This document shows positions 30,558-44,086 of a stretch of DNA of 64,000 bases, one piece after another; positions within the stretch are counted from its first letter, which is position 1; every line of letters starts with the position of its first letter. Where the stretch lies: assembly GCA_964016885.1 (NCBI GenBank), contig OZ024742.1, forward strand, positions 35,712,001 to 35,776,000, written 5' to 3'. The position numbers and the translations under genes were made by a program. The notes under the pieces are model-generated. The model saw only the letters and a list, made by a program, of their open reading frames with translations, was not told the origin of the DNA and made no database searches. The DNA comes from Eledone cirrhosa (lineage: Eukaryota).

Positions 30558-30728
30558 TCTTCCAATATTGGTTATTCCAATGTCTTGGAATAACCAATTT
30601 TGTATCTTGAGTTCCAGAAACAATGGTTGGAGTATTATATCAGTAAAAACTGACTTATTTTATCTGATGGAGCTTATATCCCACCAAAACGAGATTTTGG
30701 CTTAAATTTAGTACATACATACATACAT

Positions 30729-30978
30729 AGCTTCATACCCATCATTATTGGAGCTACGGGTTATATACCAACCCGCTTGGACCAATGTATAACTGAACTT
30801 GGATTTGCGGACAAAGAGCTCCCTAATTCATAGTCTACAAATGGTTGCAATAGCTGGCACCTTCAAAGTTTGCAAAGCATTCTTGCGATTCAAGAGATGA
30901 CAATTTCTTTTCTTTTACAACCTTGCCACCAGGAAGGTGGCCGGTCAAAAATATACTCGAAATTAAGAGAAAGAAAGA
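30729..30978 (+). mobile_element. 3' end of an RLE-type non-LTR element embedded in (TACA)n
   Basis: FIPIIIGATGYIP...LQMVAIAGTFKVCKAFLRFKR*, with (TACA)n on both sides. Confidence 0.65.
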
Positions 30979-31462
30979 CATACATACATACATACATACA
31001 TACATACATACATACATACATACATACATACATACATACATACATGATGATGGCTGCCCCCTCGTTATCGAGTATGGCCATTGCACGAGGAGAAAGAAAA
31101 AAAAAAAAAATAATAATAATAATAAATAAATAAAAAGAAAATAAAAAGAAAAAAAAAATACATACATACATACATATACCTATATATATATGTGCATGTG
31201 TGTGTATGTGTGTGAGTAGGACCGCTGTTGTCATGGATGAATGATCTGAAAACTAATTTCAATGATAAACAGATGGAATAATGGGTCACGGAAGAGCAGA
31301 ACACCGACATGATATTAAAATAGGGGCCTCACAGACAGAGACGAGGGGACGAGGGGACAGAGTCATTGAAACACGGAAGTAGTAGATACTGAAAAATGTT
31401 ACATTGTCTGATTGTAGTAGTAGTAGTAGTAGTAGTAGTAGTTGATGGTGGTGGTGGTTGTT

Positions 31463-31550
<88 letters not shown>

Positions 31551-31891
31551 AAGCAGCAGCAGTAGTAGTAGTAGTTGTGGTGGTAGAAGAAGAAGAAGAA
31601 GAAGAAGAAGAAGAAGAAGAAGAAGAAGAAGAAGAAGAAGAAGAAGAAGAAGAAGAAGAAGAAGAAGAAGAAGAAGAAGAAGAAGAAGAAGAAGAAGAAG
31701 AAGAAGAAGAAGAAGAAGAAGAATGAGTGAGAGAGGTGTGTGTGTGCGTAGACGGAGTGCGTGTGACAGAATAATTAACTATAGAGAAAGAGAAGGGAAG
31801 TACTAAATCTCTCTCTGTATACACATATACGTACACGCACACAGATACACAGATACACAGATACACACACACATATATATATATATACACA

Positions 31892-31966
31892 CAGGGTGTC
31901 CCAAAAATTTTTATACACTTCAACAGCATTCTAATAAACATGTATATACATTTTGGGGACACCCTG
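31892..31966. mobile_element. Mariner-type MITE (75 bp)
   Basis: TIRs CAGGGTGTCCC...GGGACACCCTG followed by TA. Confidence 0.8.
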
Positions 31967-32058
<92 letters not shown>

Positions 32059-33976
32059 ATATTAGTATGTGTGGGTGCTTGCTCTGGAGTGTGAACATAC
32101 GTGTGAGATACTGAACCCAGCACGACTCCATCGAAATGTGTCGGACGGAAAATGGCTGATGACACGTGTAGCAGTAAATACTGACCAGAACTTGTGATGA
32201 CGTGGAGTAAAAACAGCCAATGGCATGACAAGAGTAGAAGTAGGGTTTTTTAGGGGGGTTTTTTATGATAACACCCCAGTAATAAAATTTGCTCCAAACG
32301 AACTACCCGTGTCTGAAAGAACCTGCAGCCGTAGACTCAGCCAGATCCATACAGGGACCATGTCTCGAGCTACCCGCCGGCGAAACAATTGTAACACGCA
32401 ATAAATTAAGTCCAAATGCATCACTGATTTTTCGTTTTCTTTATACTATCCACACTCTACTCTGGTGAATATCGAGTGCTAATTTTGGCATACCGCCTAT
32501 GGAAGCACCATAGCTACCATTATACACAACTATATATATATATATTTATATATATATATATATATATATATAATGTTTTAGGCCATACGAAGAATTAGCT
32601 TACGAAGAAACATAATATAAAGACAAACGGATTTTTCAAATATTTAATGTAACTATATAAACTTACACGAATTGACGATGTATTAAATTTGGAATAAAAT
32701 TTAATATAATTTCCTTTTATTGTTCTCTCTGTTTTATTAAACATTTCTTGATGTAGTCGTAAATATAAAAGACAAAAATAAGAGATGGTCAGAAACAGGA
32801 ACACTGTTGATAGGTTTTATTGGATCGATACTGACGTGGCCCTTAACAACAATAAAAATAACAATAACAATAAATGTAACGGATTAAGGAAGTGGACTCA
32901 CTGGACTATTGCCAGTGCCCCCACAATATTTAAGGGGCTCCTAAATATTGTTTGTTCTTCAAATGGACTAATTTGCCGGTCCCGGTAAAATAGACAAGCA
33001 TGCTTTTAAAGCTTATTTTACAGGTCCCTGGTAAATATATATAGTGTTAGTGTTGGGTTTGGGTTAGGTTTAAGATATAAATTGTCATAATAATGGTTTC
33101 TATATTTGACACAAGGCCAGCAATAACCCAGTACATTACTCGATTAACCTCGGCGGGATTTGAACTCAGACCGTAAAGGGACGTAACTATACTGGAAAGC
33201 ATGGCGTCCGACTCTCTACCGATACTGCCAATCCCATAATAATGGTTTCTGATTTAGGCACAAGGACAACCGTTTTGGGGAGGGGGGATAGTCAATCAAA
33301 TCGACCCTCAGTACATTACTGGTGCATTATTTTATCGACTCCGAAAGGATAAAAGGCAAAGCTAACCTCGACGGGATTTGAACTCAGAACTTAAAAGACT
33401 TAAAAGACTATAACTAAATACAGCAAAGCATAGTAACTGGCACTTTTACCGGCAAAATAGCCTGGTGGTCTATTTTACCGGGACCACGAAAGTAGCCTCT
33501 TTTTTTTTCTTTTGCTACCACACTCACTGGTATCAGGGTGAATTTGGCTACCCACAAGTGCGAGTCCTGCAAATTGGAGTAGCCATTCCCCGGAGCAATG
33601 TCTTCCTCATTCTATCCGCCGGGTCTACGAGACGGACTATACCTTAAACAGTGAATAGTAAATACAGATCACACAGACACACACGCACACACACACAAGG
33701 GCTCTGATGAAAATTCCAGTCAGAAGCACCATGTAAGATTCATCATCCCCCGTTAAGGACACCACCAACCGTAATAAATATCAGAGCTACCAGTTAATGT
33801 AACAGTTGGCTCTGATGTTTGTTATTGCCGTTGATGGGGCTGTTAAATCAACTTCCCTCGCTCCACCAACAAGTGTCATTGAGGCAGACAGCCAAGCAGC
33901 AGACAGCAGTCTGTCAGTCCGGCATCTTTGAGAAAGTTTGACAAGAAACTTCCCCGTGTATTATAATATTACTCAT

Positions 33977-34167
33977 GGCGGTGGATTGGCAGTATCGGTA
34001 GAGGGTCGGACACCATGCTTTGACGCATAGAGTTACGGCCCTTGCCATTCTGAGTTCAAATCCCGCCGAGGTTTACTTTGCCTTTCATCCTTACGGGGTC
34101 GATAAAATAAAGTACCAGTAATGCACTGGTTCTTGCTGGCCTTGTGCCAAAAGTAGAAACAATTATA
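33977..34167 (+). mobile_element. tRNA-derived SINE. Other copies: ~17135-17280(-), 23530-23905(+), 33088-33440(-), 36312-36502(+), 51958-52170(+), 54375-54563(-), 54648-54860(+), 56118-56288(-)
   Basis: A-box-like TGGCAGTATCGG and B box GAGTTCAAATCC, followed by the conserved GCCTTTCATCCTTACGGGGTCGATAAA core. Many copies are present. Confidence 0.85.
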
Positions 34168-34436
34168 ATATTACTCGTGAGTGAGCACACGTCGTCAAAA
34201 TTGACGGTGATTCACAAACCTGAAAGGAAAGGTAAGGAGCCCATCGCCAGATCGGACCAAGACAATAATCTTTCCATTGGTCTTTTCTTTGCTGATAGTA
34301 TCTCTAAGGTGCAACTTCTGACAGAGGGGCAATGTCAAATAGTGTTGTTGTTTTGTTTGTTTGTTTCTTCGCTCAAAAACACACCACCACCTCACCCAGA
34401 AATCAAACCCACGCCCTTACGATCGTACAGACTAGC

Positions 34437-35963
34437 TTCTTCTTCTTCTTCTTCTTCTTCTTCTTCTTCTTCTTCTTCTTCTTCTTCTTCTCTAAAAGCT
34501 CATAGATGTTATCCAACCTTCTAGCTCGTGCTCCACCACTTAGTCTTCTGTTGGTTGGTTTTGCCCATAAAACTGCCCAGCAATTCTTTCCTTACACATA
34601 CTACCCACATGTCCGTAGTACTGGGGCTGGGATCTGTCGATATGGGGAAGTAGTGGCTCTATCTGGAGTTGCTCCCTAATCCCCAGGCTACACACCCTAT
34701 CTAGTACCGTCTCTCCAAAGACATTTCGGAAAAACTCTATTTCGGCCGCTTGTATTCTTTTGACCACTAATATATGTAAGTGTATGCATGTACAAAAAAA
34801 CAATAGTATCGCGAATACAAGGGACCGAATGGTGTTCCTACGTAGGGTCCTTGGAGTAACGTTAGCTGGTGCGTAGCTCAAAGATCAGAGGGTGGGTCAC
34901 TCCGGGTAGAGCTGCTACTTCTCCAAATTGAGAGATTACAGCTCCGATATTACAGATATAGGATTAGAATGTCCCAGGAAAGAATCGCTAAACAGATTTT
35001 ATGGGTAAAACCAACTGACAAGGAGACCCGGGTGTAAACCATGAGCAAGATGGTTCGATAACTTCTATGAGTTCGTCTGGTCTCGCTTAGGGATCCAGCC
35101 AAATTGATTGGTGACGGTTGCTTCTGACATGACACGTTGTAAGGTGTGCTTGAAGACTGCCTTCACAGTGAGCGAAGAAGAAGAAGAAGAAGAAGAAGAA
35201 GAAGAAGAAGAAGAAGAAGAAGAAGAAGAAGAAGAAGAAGGAGAAGAAGAAGAAGAAGAAGAAGAAGAAGCAAGAAGAAGAAGAAGAAGAAGCAAGAAGA
35301 AGAAGAAGAAGAAGAAAAAAAAGAAGAAGAAGAAGAAGAAGAAGAAGCAAGAAGAAGAAGAAGAAGAAGAAGCAAGAGAAGAAGAAGCAAGAAGAAGCAA
35401 GAAGAAGAAGAAGAAGAAGAAGAAGAAGAAGAAGAAGCAAGAAGAAGCAAGAAGAAGAAGAAGAAGAAGAAGCAAGAAGAAGAAGAAGAAGAAGCAAGAG
35501 AAGAAGAAGCAAGAAGAAGAAGAAGAAGAAGAAGAAGAAGAAGAAGAAGAAGAAGAAGAAGAAGAAGAAGAAGCAAGAAGAAGAAGAAGAAGCAAGAGAA
35601 GAAGAAGCAAGAAGAAGCAAGAAGAAGCAAGAAGAAGAAGAAGAAGAAGAAGCAAGAAGAAGCAAGAAGAAGAAGAAGAAGAAGAAGAAGAAGAAGAAGC
35701 AAGAAGCAAGAAGAAGAAGAAGAAGAAGAAGAAGAAGAAAAAGAAGAAGAAGAAGAAGAAGGAAAAGAAGAAAAAGAAGAAGAAGAAGAAGAAGAAGAAG
35801 AAGAAAAAGAAAAAGAAGAAGAAGAAGAAGAAGAAGAAGAAGAAGAAGAAGAAGAAGAAGAAGCAAGAAGAAGAAGAAGAAGAAGCAAGAGAAGAAGAAG
35901 CAAGAAGAAGAAGAAGAAGAAGAAGAAGAAGAAGAAGAAGAAGAAGAAGAAGAAGAAGAAGAA
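34437..35963. mobile_element. Two divergently oriented RTE 3' fragments (34490-34765 minus; 34890-35173 plus), each ending in (GAA)n. The right tail is expanded to ~790 bp.
   Basis: The minus strand reads KRIQAAEIEFFRNVFGETVLDRV...YYGHVGSM. The homologous VELLLLQIERLQLRYY...RMSQERIAKQIL is on the plus strand. Confidence 0.75.
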
Positions 35964-36629
35964 ATCTATAAATAATTTATGAAGAATATATAATATGACG
36001 GGTAATTTTGAATAACAGTAATAAAAATGTATAAATATATGAAAATATAATTAAATATCGTTGTCTTTTTAAACTGCATTCTTTAAGACGTCTTTCTTTT
36101 ATTTTCAAAGAGAAAAAGGTGTAGTGTGGGTGAAATATGCTTACTGGTTTATTTTAGCAGGTTCAATGACCATATAACTGTTTTCTAGACAAACTGGAGC
36201 AGAATTATCATCGAAGGTGTACAAGCCATAAGGAAAAAAGTCACAGAAAAAAGTTACAATTTGGGTTAAGAAAAAAGAAAAATATCACATCTCATTATAT
36301 ATATATAGAAAGGGCGGTGAATTGGCAGTATCGGTAGAGGGTTGAACGCCATGCGTTGACGCATAGAGTTACTGCCCTTGCCATTCTGAGTTCAAATCCC
36401 GCCGAGGTTAACTTTGCCTTTCATCCTTACGGGGTCGATAAAATAAAGTACCAGTAATGCACCGGGAAATTGCTGGCCTTGTGCCAAAAGTAGAAACAAT
36501 TATATATATATAGAAAAAAAGATGAAATCGAAAATGCAACTGGAGTGTTATTTTTTTTTAAAAATATATATTTATTTGGTTCCTTTACGGATTTCGCAGT
36601 TCTTCTGCTTTTCAAAAGTAGAGTTGAGA

Positions 36630-37519
36630 TGGAGGGTCTGTGGTTTTTCTCACATCAGATGTGGTACCTCCGTAAAAACACTTATTAGCAAGACATACCC
36701 GTTCCAAAGACCCTCATGTATAGATAAGAAATGTATAACCTGTAAAATAAGCCCCCATATTAACTGTAAAACTAGAAATGTAGTGTATAGCATAAGATGT
36801 ACTGAAGGACAATGTAGAAACAAAAATATAGTGTACATAGGTGAGACAGCTCGTAGTATAGGGGAACGAATAAATGAACACTGGCGAGACCTTCAAGATA
36901 ATAAAGAATCATCTGTGCTCTACCAACATGCTAAGATAGAACACAGGGTTAAATTAGAGAACATAGAAATAAAAATAGAATCCACACACAGAAAAGATGC
37001 AATGTTTAGGCAAATTACAGAGGCAGTAAGCATAAAAGAATTATAACCAAAATTAAATAGAAAATATGAGTGGAACAGCAACATCACAACTTACAATTAA
37101 GGACAAAATGAAAACACACACACACATAGAACAAACAACCAACCAACAATAAATAAATAAATAAATAAATAAATAAACAAATAGATAAATGAACACAAAC
37201 ACACACAGACACCCGGATGTGGCGCATGCGCAAACTGAGCACACAACACACACACAGAAACAAAATGGCGTAGGACAGAAGAAAGGAAAGCCACAGAAAC
37301 AAAGAAAGGAATCCCCAGTCACTGAAGAGGTCACAGAGTGTGTGACGAAAGGACTATGACTATATATAAACAACTATCTGGTTGTGGAACCAACCAACCA
37401 ACCAGAAATTTATAAGTTTGTAGATTTGTAAATTTATAAATTTATAAATATATAATAAATTGAAGTGAAAGCAGCTGGTGCGTGTGTTTCTTATTGGCAA
37501 CATGACCCTCCCAAAGTAT

Positions 37520-37525
<6 letters not shown>
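36630..37525 (+). mobile_element. 5'-truncated Penelope-like element: Cys-rich linker, GIY-YIG, 3' UTR HHR and a tail ending in (TA)n
   Basis: CIDKKCITC...NCKTRNVVYSIRC...VYIGETARSIGERINEH...SVLYQH...RQITEAVSI, with an HHR at 37317. Confidence 0.88.
37317..37361 (+). ncRNA. Minimal type I HHR
   Basis: AGTCA-CTGAAGA-gGTCACAgagtgTGTGAC-GAAA-GGAC-TA-TGACT. Confidence 0.82.
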
Positions 37526-37604
<79 letters not shown>

Positions 37605-37607
<3 letters not shown>

Positions 37608-37772
37608 GTAAAATTCTGTTATAACAAATACCATTTTAACGAGCTTTTCAGTATAACGAAACTTTTTTCAATCCCCGGCCACACGCTCGATGTGTTAGGT
37701 CGATCTCGTTATAAAGAATTTTTCATTACAACAAATTTTTTTATACCCCGTGAATTTTGTTATAACGGAATT

Positions 37773-37778
<6 letters not shown>
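37605..37778. mobile_element. Pogo/Tigger-like MITE in (TA)n
   Basis: TIRs CAGGTAAAATTCTGTTATAACAAA / TTTGTTATAACGGAATTTCACT, plus internal TATAAC repeats. Confidence 0.75.
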
Positions 37779-37845
<67 letters not shown>

Positions 37846-38170
37846 GGTATGGATTGAAGTTGTAACGACCATATAGCAGGTACTAAACGAGTTGTTTGAG
37901 GCAATCTCAAAGCACTCAATGGATCGAGAAGCAAAACATTATCGTCCAATATATAGTTTACAAAAGATTGTTTTCGAACAAGAGAACAGATAAGTATAGG
38001 TGAAGAAATTATTATAGCTCAAAATATGAGATTTATTACAGTGAATTATTCAGAAGACTAAATACAATTTTGTTTAAGTTGTATGAAATCTTTATGTGTA
38101 GGTATTTAAGTAAACTCAGAGGAAATATTACAATGATAAGACCAAAACGGTTAATTATATTACATTTCTA

Positions 38171-38267
38171 TAAATGAACGCACGTTTCTTCCATATCTTA
38201 AGCAGATATATAATTAATTATTATTTAATTAATTATATGAACAGAATATTGGAATCATCAGAATTAA
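38171..38267 (-). ncRNA. Type I HHR with a 66-nt stem II
   Basis: Minus strand: AATT-CTGATGA-TTCCA...ATATAATTAATT/AATTAATTATAT...TGGAA-GAAA-CGtgCG-TT-cATT. Stem I is imperfect. Confidence 0.65.
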
Positions 38268-38590
38268 TAAAAAGAAAATATTAGGAAATGTTTACCTCTT
38301 AAATCATATCGATTTCATATTTAGTCTAACGACTAATGTTTAACGTGTGTTAATTAAAATGTAATAATAATGTATAATTAAACGTTTGGTCTTATTTATC
38401 ACTGTATATTCCATTTCAGGTAGACGCGCTCCATCATCCACTTTTCTAAAATAATAGATTATACACAAAACGCCAGCACCAACAGTTTTCCAAGAGATGT
38501 CAATATGAATGGAACTCTTATTTTTATCTAAAGACATGTTTTCCTATTCCAACCCGCCCGTCCCCTCAATCTGTCTTATTTCTCATTCTT

Positions 38591-38626
38591 TCTTCTGATG
38601 AAAGACTAGCGTCCGAAACGTTAAGA
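38591..38626 (+). ncRNA. Minimal type I HHR
   Basis: TCTT-CTGATGA-aaGACtagcGTCc-GAAA-CG-TT-AAGA, with palindromic AACGTT. Confidence 0.7.
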
Positions 38627-38702
38627 TCCTCTTCCTGCTATTTAACCTAATATATTCCTTCCATATACTGTACCGATTGTGTTGTTATTTCTGTTTACCT
38701 TT

Positions 38703-38783
<81 letters not shown>

Positions 38784-39586
38784 ACTTGCTACAAATAGCA
38801 TCTAATTCTCTAAATACAGCAGTGGTTGCCACTCTGAGCTCAGCATATGTAGTATTGACTTCTCTGAGCTAAGTTTAAATGTTCATGTACTATGTTTAAA
38901 ATATAATATTCACACACTACAGGTTATCCAGTCCTCTCTAAATGTAAGTATTTCTTTCTTTCAATTGATTTTCTCACTGTATAATATAGGAGAGGAATAA
39001 TTTTAATGTGGGGTGTGTATTTAAATGAAAAGGGTAATTGGCAGAAGCGGACTAAGCTTGAGCATTATTTCACCTATCAGGTTCACCCATTGTCCACTGA
39101 AGAATTTCAGCTGATTTTTTATTTTTAGTTTTTTTATTTCAGCTTTTTTTTTTTGTTGACATAGCCCAGTGACCTTGCGGCGCAGCGCTCCACAAGGCAT
39201 TGCTGAAATGCTCGTATGGACAGTGAACCTCGAGTCCTTGGTAGGTTAGTTAGAAAAAGATTGGGAACCATTGATGTAGTGACAACTTTGTCATGCTAGA
39301 CACGGTACCCACATCGATTGGTTAAAAACAGCCATGTAGACAGCAGGCAATCAACAACGTAAATATGCGATGTTAAGTTAAGCCTGAGTGTCAAAGTTTC
39401 GACTCTCGATAAACATGACAGTCTCGACAATTCGATATATAATCGATTTTCGATCATCATCAATAAATCAAAAACATCCTGTGCTTACTCAACGTTCCAT
39501 CAAAGGTTGCATTCAATCATTCCCATATATATATAAATATTCATAATAATATTCGATTCATATGCAATTATGTATATATATATATA

Positions 39587-39684
<98 letters not shown>

Positions 39685-39793
39685 GTAGGATGTGAGTTTT
39701 ATTGTAGCACAATAAAGCAATGCAAATATCGGATATGTTGATTTAAAACTTCACTACTCACAAGTGTTTTTTAAGCTTCATATCATGTCTCCC

Positions 39794-39861
39794 TATTTTA
39801 TCTGATGAGAACGCAGATATCATCCCATGATGATATTTGTTTTTGAAATGCGCATAATAAA
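39794..39861 (+). ncRNA. Type I HHR (family of 19074)
   Basis: TTTAT-CTGATGA-stem II-GAAA-TGCGCA-TA-ATAAA. Confidence 0.82.
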
Positions 39862-40243
39862 GCAACTGGTGCGTGTGTTTCTTATTGGCAACATGACCCT
39901 CCCAAAGTATAACAATATCGGTTTCAACACACGATTTCAGATAAAGAATCTTGCTAAACAAATTCAGAAACGAAATATATATATATATATATATATATAA
40001 CGAAGGAAGTGCGGTAAGGAACCAGGTGGACCATAACGCACCAGAGTACTCGATACTTTGGGTAGTAGAGTGGGTAATAGGAAAAGGTTGAGGACCCCGA
40101 CGGCAGAGCTCAAGCTGTCGGGATCCTGAACTTTTTCCTATTACCCACTCTACTACCCAAAGTATCGAGTACTCTGGTGCGTTATGGTCCAGAAATAGCC
40201 GTCGAAACGGCTTGAACTCTGCCGTCGGATTCCTGAGCCTTTT

Positions 40244-40421
<178 letters not shown>

Positions 40422-40426
40422 CGTGC

Positions 40427-40538
<112 letters not shown>

Positions 40539-40972
40539 GCACGACAAATACAAAAATGTATATAAGAGATAGAGAAACACTCGTCGACAACACGGAAAAC
40601 AATGCTTGCCTTTACAACTGCCCCCTATATATGGCGTGACAACTCGGTTTCGATGCATACGGCGGTATCGAACATATAGCTGTATCAGTAATTTATAAAT
40701 CTCTAGTGTCAAATAATTATATAACAGGTGAAACAAATATTCAAAACACGTGTCTTTAGCAGGAAACACGAGATACGAACCGAACTTATCAACAACAAAC
40801 AGAAGACTGAATGATTAAGAAAACAAAGTTGAGAGAAAGACAACGAACGAATTGAGATATGTAAATACGAATAAAATATATTCTCGAATGTAAATACAAT
40901 GCAAGGAAGAACAACACATATAGTAGTGCAGATAGAAAACGCTTACGGAATGAAAATATATAGCGTCATACA

Positions 40973-41275
40973 CAGGGCTGGATTTAGACCTTGGGGAGCC
41001 CGGGGCATTTCAGTTTTGGGGGTCCCTTACACACACAAAAAAAAGTAGAACATACAGCAAACCCCTAAATTTTACATTTTAAAGTTAGCTTGCCCCTTGT
41101 AATTGGAATTGAAAGTTATACATACAGGTATTAAATTCAAAAATTCTAACCACCCTAAAATTAAAAAGCCCAGCTAAGGGCATAAATAAATTGCTACGGT
41201 CGTTGCTGGTGGAGTCCCCACACTGCAGGGGCCCGGGACAATTGCTCCATTTGCTCCCCATTAAATCCGGCCCTG
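40973..41275. mobile_element. Non-autonomous hAT-like element
   Basis: TIRs CAGGGCTGGATTTA / TAAATCCGGCCCTG, with a degenerate 8-bp TSD GTCATACA/GTTATACG. Confidence 0.75.
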
Positions 41276-41454
41276 GTTATACGACTAGACACAGAACAGA
41301 AACTGATCTCAATGATGTAAACACGGAATGGTTGGTCAGTAAAAAAGGTGCATGACTGGTAAAGGGGGCAGTAGGGTTATGAAGAGTTATAATATATATT
41401 TATGTATACATATATTATTTAAATCATGACAAACAGACGGAAAGAGCGAGAGAA

Positions 41455-41546
<92 letters not shown>

Positions 41547-41653
41547 ATGTAGATATATATATATGTATGTATGTATATATATATATATATATGTAAACAT
41601 GACATACAAGTTAACAGGTTATAAATCACTTCGTTTTTATTCATAATAGCCGT

Positions 41654-41694
<41 letters not shown>

Positions 41695-41717
41695 GATAAC
41701 AAGGTATCGTTTAAGGT

Positions 41718-41780
<63 letters not shown>

Positions 41781-41783
<3 letters not shown>

Positions 41784-41969
41784 GGAACCAGTAAGACCCC
41801 GACAGCTGAGCTCAAGCCGTTTCGACGGCTAATTCCCAAAATTAGCCGTCGAAACGGCTTGAGCTCAGCTGTCGGGGTCTTACTGGTTCCTATTACCCAC
41901 TCTACTACCTCAAGTATTGAGTACTTTGGTGCGTTATGGTCCACCTGGTTCCTTACCACATTTCCTTCG

Positions 41970-41971
<2 letters not shown>
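41781..41971. mobile_element. Short fold-back (TA)n-inserted repeat carrying an HHR 3' half. Other copies: 22878-22970, 39999-40247, 42050-42140, 46308-46337, 46361-46552, 49720-49858, 50424-50623
   Basis: The shared sequence is GTC-GAAA-CGGC-TTGAGCTC(T/A)-GC(C/T)G-TC-GGGGTC...CTTCCTTCGTT(AT)n, with internal inversions. Confidence 0.8.
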
Positions 41972-42011
<40 letters not shown>

Positions 42012-42136
42012 CAGGATGGGTTCGTTTTAAAACTGGTTAGACCATAAGTTAACAGATTACTCGATACTTGGGGTAGTAGAGTATGGTTATATTATAAAGA
42101 GTCGGGACCCCAACGGCTGAGCTAGGTCCTACTTCT

Positions 42137-42206
<70 letters not shown>

Positions 42207-42314
42207 CATGCAATGCCTGTTGTCTATGTGTATGTGAACGAGCATGTTGTATACGTCTATAAATATAAATATTTTAGCATATATATATATATATATATAT
42301 ATATATTTCTACAT

Positions 42315-42351
<37 letters not shown>

Positions 42352-42553
42352 GTGTATGTGTGTGTGTGTGTGTGTACAACATGCTCGGTCACACACACAT
42401 AGACACGCATTGCTCAACAAATTGACACTTGCTTAGAATGTGACGAAATGAGTTATTTACTACTGTGTTTAGCTACTTAAAACTAAGATTATTTGTACTG
42501 CATAACAACACTAATGACTAAATATAAACACACACACATAAACACACACACAT

Positions 42554-42639
<86 letters not shown>

Positions 42640-42823
42640 AGATAGATAAATATTAGTTTAACCATGATAATAATAAGAAAGGCAAGTTACTTTACATATT
42701 TTTACATATTTCATTCATTATATATATATATATATGTGTGCGTGTGTATGTATATATACATATATGTATATATATATATATCTATATCTATATATATATA
42801 TATATATCTATATATATATACAT

Positions 42824-43694
42824 AGGACTTAAAATTAACCTGGCTAAGACCAAAGTACTAGTTTGTAGGAAAGAAAACAAGGCGGCGGTCCCTTCTGGGA
42901 AATGGTCGTGCTCGGTGTGTAGGAAAGGCGTAGGTAGAAACTCCATTTTATGTCCTAAATGCAAAGTATGGGTGCATAAAAGATGTAGTGGGATCACAGG
43001 TAGGCTAACTAAGAACATAGATTTTACATGTGGCCGGTGCTCTGGTGCAATAAGTAGCAGCAAGTGCCCACAAACTACTAGCTCTTTCAATTGCGCAGAG
43101 GGTTCTATAGAAATAGTGGACAGCTTCCGTTACCTGGGCGATAAAATCAGCAGTGGGGGAGGGTGCTCTGAAAGTACTGTAGCTAGAGTCAGAACTGGTT
43201 GGAAAAAGTTCAGAGAGCTTATACCACTATTAGCTGCTAAAGGGTTCTCACTAAAAATGAAAGGCAGGTTGTACGATGCCTGCATACGAACAGCAATGCT
43301 GCATGGCAGTGAGACCTGGGCATTGTGTGCAGAGGATATACGCAGACTAGAGAGGAACGAAGCTTGCATGCTCCGCTGGATGTGTAACAGTAATATACGT
43401 GAACGGCAAAGCATAAACGAACTAAGGAATAAATTAGAGATAAGAGGGATCAGATGTTGTTTACTCGAGAGAAGGCTACGTTGGTATGGACACGTGATGC
43501 GCATGAAAGTCGATAGCTGTATAACAAAGTGCAGGGCAATAAAGATAGACGGTAGTCACGGAATAGGCAGACCTAGAAAAACCTGGGACGAGCTGATAAA
43601 CTCCGACATCACACACTTACACCTCTCCAAGACAATGTCACTGGACCGAGACCTTTGGCGGTACTCAGTAACAGAGAAGACCCGCCTTACCTAA
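42824..43694 (+). pseudogene. 5'-truncated RTE-clade LINE ORF2 (end of the RT domain, an inserted PHD-like finger and the C-terminus); the frame is still open
   Basis: GLKINLAKTKVL...EIVDSFRYLGD...WKKFRELIPLL...MLHGSETW...RRLRWYGHVMRM...GRPRKTW...DRDLWR. The N-terminus of the tracked ORF is microsatellite. Confidence 0.92.
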
Positions 43695-44086
43695 ATATAT
43701 AGTAAAACCTACTCCAGCCAGTAGGCATCTCTAACAAATACACCCCGTCCCACCACCCCCACCCGATCCACACCACCCCGTTCTATGTAAAGTTATGTTG
43801 GTGCCGCGCCATCGAGGCCGAAACAAATGAGATCGTGTAGGTGTCACGACAAAAAAACACACAGTCCACGCTGTAATGTGGCCGTGTAGGCAACACGGTA
43901 AAAACCTCCCAGACCCACACTGTAAATGTGGTTGGTGTTAGGAAGGGCATCCAACTGTAGAAAACCTGCCAGACAGTCCTATGCGAGCAAGACAATCACT
44001 CTTGCCTCAAGTGGGACTACCCCCGTCCAAACCCATGCAAGCGTGGAACACGGACGTTAAACGCTGATGATGATGATGATGATGAT
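43695..44086 (+). mobile_element. RTE 3' UTR with a (TGA)n tail
   Basis: It follows the ORF2 stop and ends GACGTTAAACGC(TGA)n. Confidence 0.8.

Noticed and set aside
33700-33740. CTGATGA at 33704 (also 3967, 24908, 39097)
   Set aside because: There is no correctly placed GAAA or stem pairing.
33977-34080. tRNA genes at A/B-box sequences
   Set aside because: There is no cloverleaf, and the boxes run into multi-copy SINE bodies.
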